This document shows positions 63,367-64,000 of a stretch of 64,000 nt of DNA, one piece after another. This DNA is from Clostridia bacterium. Lineage in GTDB: Bacteria > Bacillota > Clostridia > UMGS1883. A program made the position numbers and the translations under genes. Under the pieces are notes generated by a model, which was not told the origin of the DNA, did not search any database, and worked only from the letters and a program-made list of their open reading frames with translations. Position 1 is the first letter of the stretch, and each line of letters begins with the position of its first letter. Location: contig JAZTXM010000013.1 of NCBI GenBank assembly GCA_045636425.1, forward strand, positions 86,500 to 150,499. The letters are read 5' to 3'.

Positions 63367-64000
63367 TTATTTCCATATAATTTTAACCTCTCCGTTATGA
63401 TTAACAGTTATAACGTCGATTACTTTTTTCATAGCCACGTTTGAATAATCCCCTGCTAATACTTCTTTTATATGTGTATATAGTTTATCAGCAGTTAGCG
63501 GTTCTTCCTCAATATGATTATTGATATTAAGAAGCTTATTACGGCACTTGTCAAGTTCGTTATCAATCTCTTCAGTTTGCTTTTTAAGAGCAGAAATATC
63601 AATTATTTCGTTTAAGTACATTTCCATATACTTTTTCTTTTTCACCTCAAGCTTTGATATTTCCTTTTCAATTTCGTCAGTGCTCACAGATTTTCTTACC
63701 TGTGTACGCTTTGCTGCCTCATAATTTTTGATAAACTGCTCCTTATCCTCAATAATCTCATACAAAGGCTCAGTAATTGCAGTTAACAACTCTTCTTCTT
63801 TAATTTTAGTTAAATTAGGACAGAATTCCTTATCGTTATTATTTCTTCCTGCACACTTCCACTCAATAACAGATCTTTCCTTAAGTTTTCTTATTCTTCG
63901 TGTAAAAGAATATCCGCAATGCTCACATTTAATAAGCGTGCTGAATGGATACTGAGAGCTTACACGTCCGTTTGGATGTTCGTTTTTATACACTTCCCTG
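63367..64000 (-). CDS. Large serine recombinase, C-terminal part (runs off the window edge)
   Basis: Recombinase zinc-ribbon (CEHCGYSFTRR...WKCAG...C) followed by a coiled coil. The N-terminus lies beyond 64000. Confidence 0.6.
   Translation of the reverse strand, partial: REVYKNEHPNGRVSSQYPFSTLIKCEHCGYSFTRRIRKLKERSVIEWKCAGRNNNDKEFCPNLTKIKEEELLTAITEPLYEIIEDKEQFIKNYEAAKRTQVRKSVSTDEIEKEISKLEVKKKKYMEMYLNEIIDISALKKQTEEIDNELDKCRNKLLNINNHIEEEPLTADKLYTHIKEVLAGDYSNVAMKKVIDVITVNHNGEVKIIWK

Overview
This 64-kb window comes from a low-GC, endospore-forming Firmicute, most likely a Clostridia / Oscillospiraceae-type genome. It carries dacF-spoIIAA-spoIIAB-sigF and a cotJA-cotJB-cotJC operon. Other backbone genes include ligA, a hexuronate/KDG cluster (uxuA, an SDR, kdgK, eda, and a discoidin-kduI fusion with kduD), nagB, nadK-argR-recN, a Na/Pi transporter, a phoPR-like two-component system, and five tRNAs on the minus strand (Gly, Arg, His, Gln, Lys).

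Two mobile regions stand out.

(1) cotJC is split into a 5' segment at about 7498-7683 and a 3' segment at 2150-2526 by an inserted element of about 5 kb (about 2527-7497). The element has imperfect terminal inverted repeats at its two junctions. Next to one junction it encodes a large serine recombinase with the YARVST catalytic motif. It also encodes a resolvase-fold protein that has lost all catalytic residues, two lipoproteins, and a candidate small RNA with a perfect sigma-A promoter and an intrinsic terminator. This looks like a skin-like, developmentally excised intervening element in a spore-coat gene.

(2) The 3' end of tRNA-Lys is followed by about 21 kb (25.3-46.3 kb) of accreted, partly decayed integrative elements. 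A 45-nt copy of the tRNA-Lys 3' half and a conserved 'element-end' module occur three to four times. That module contains a direct-repeat motif (agatgtcaaa twice), a terminator, and the first bases of the tRNA core. Cargo in this region includes:
- an amidoligase (GS-like) plus class II glutamine amidotransferase operon;
- a trypsin-like protease between two Xis-like genes and a frameshifted tyrosine integrase;
- a DUF3990/DUF3791-HTH-like gene pair;
- a block of a 1174-aa protein (possible N-terminal nuclease-like motif, long helical region), two membrane proteins (one YgjV-like) and an AAA/DUF4143 ATPase, which is a candidate uncharacterised defence or abortive-infection locus.

The C-terminal part of a second large serine recombinase runs off the right edge of the window. 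All calls are from reading the sequence and from remembered family signatures; no searches were run.
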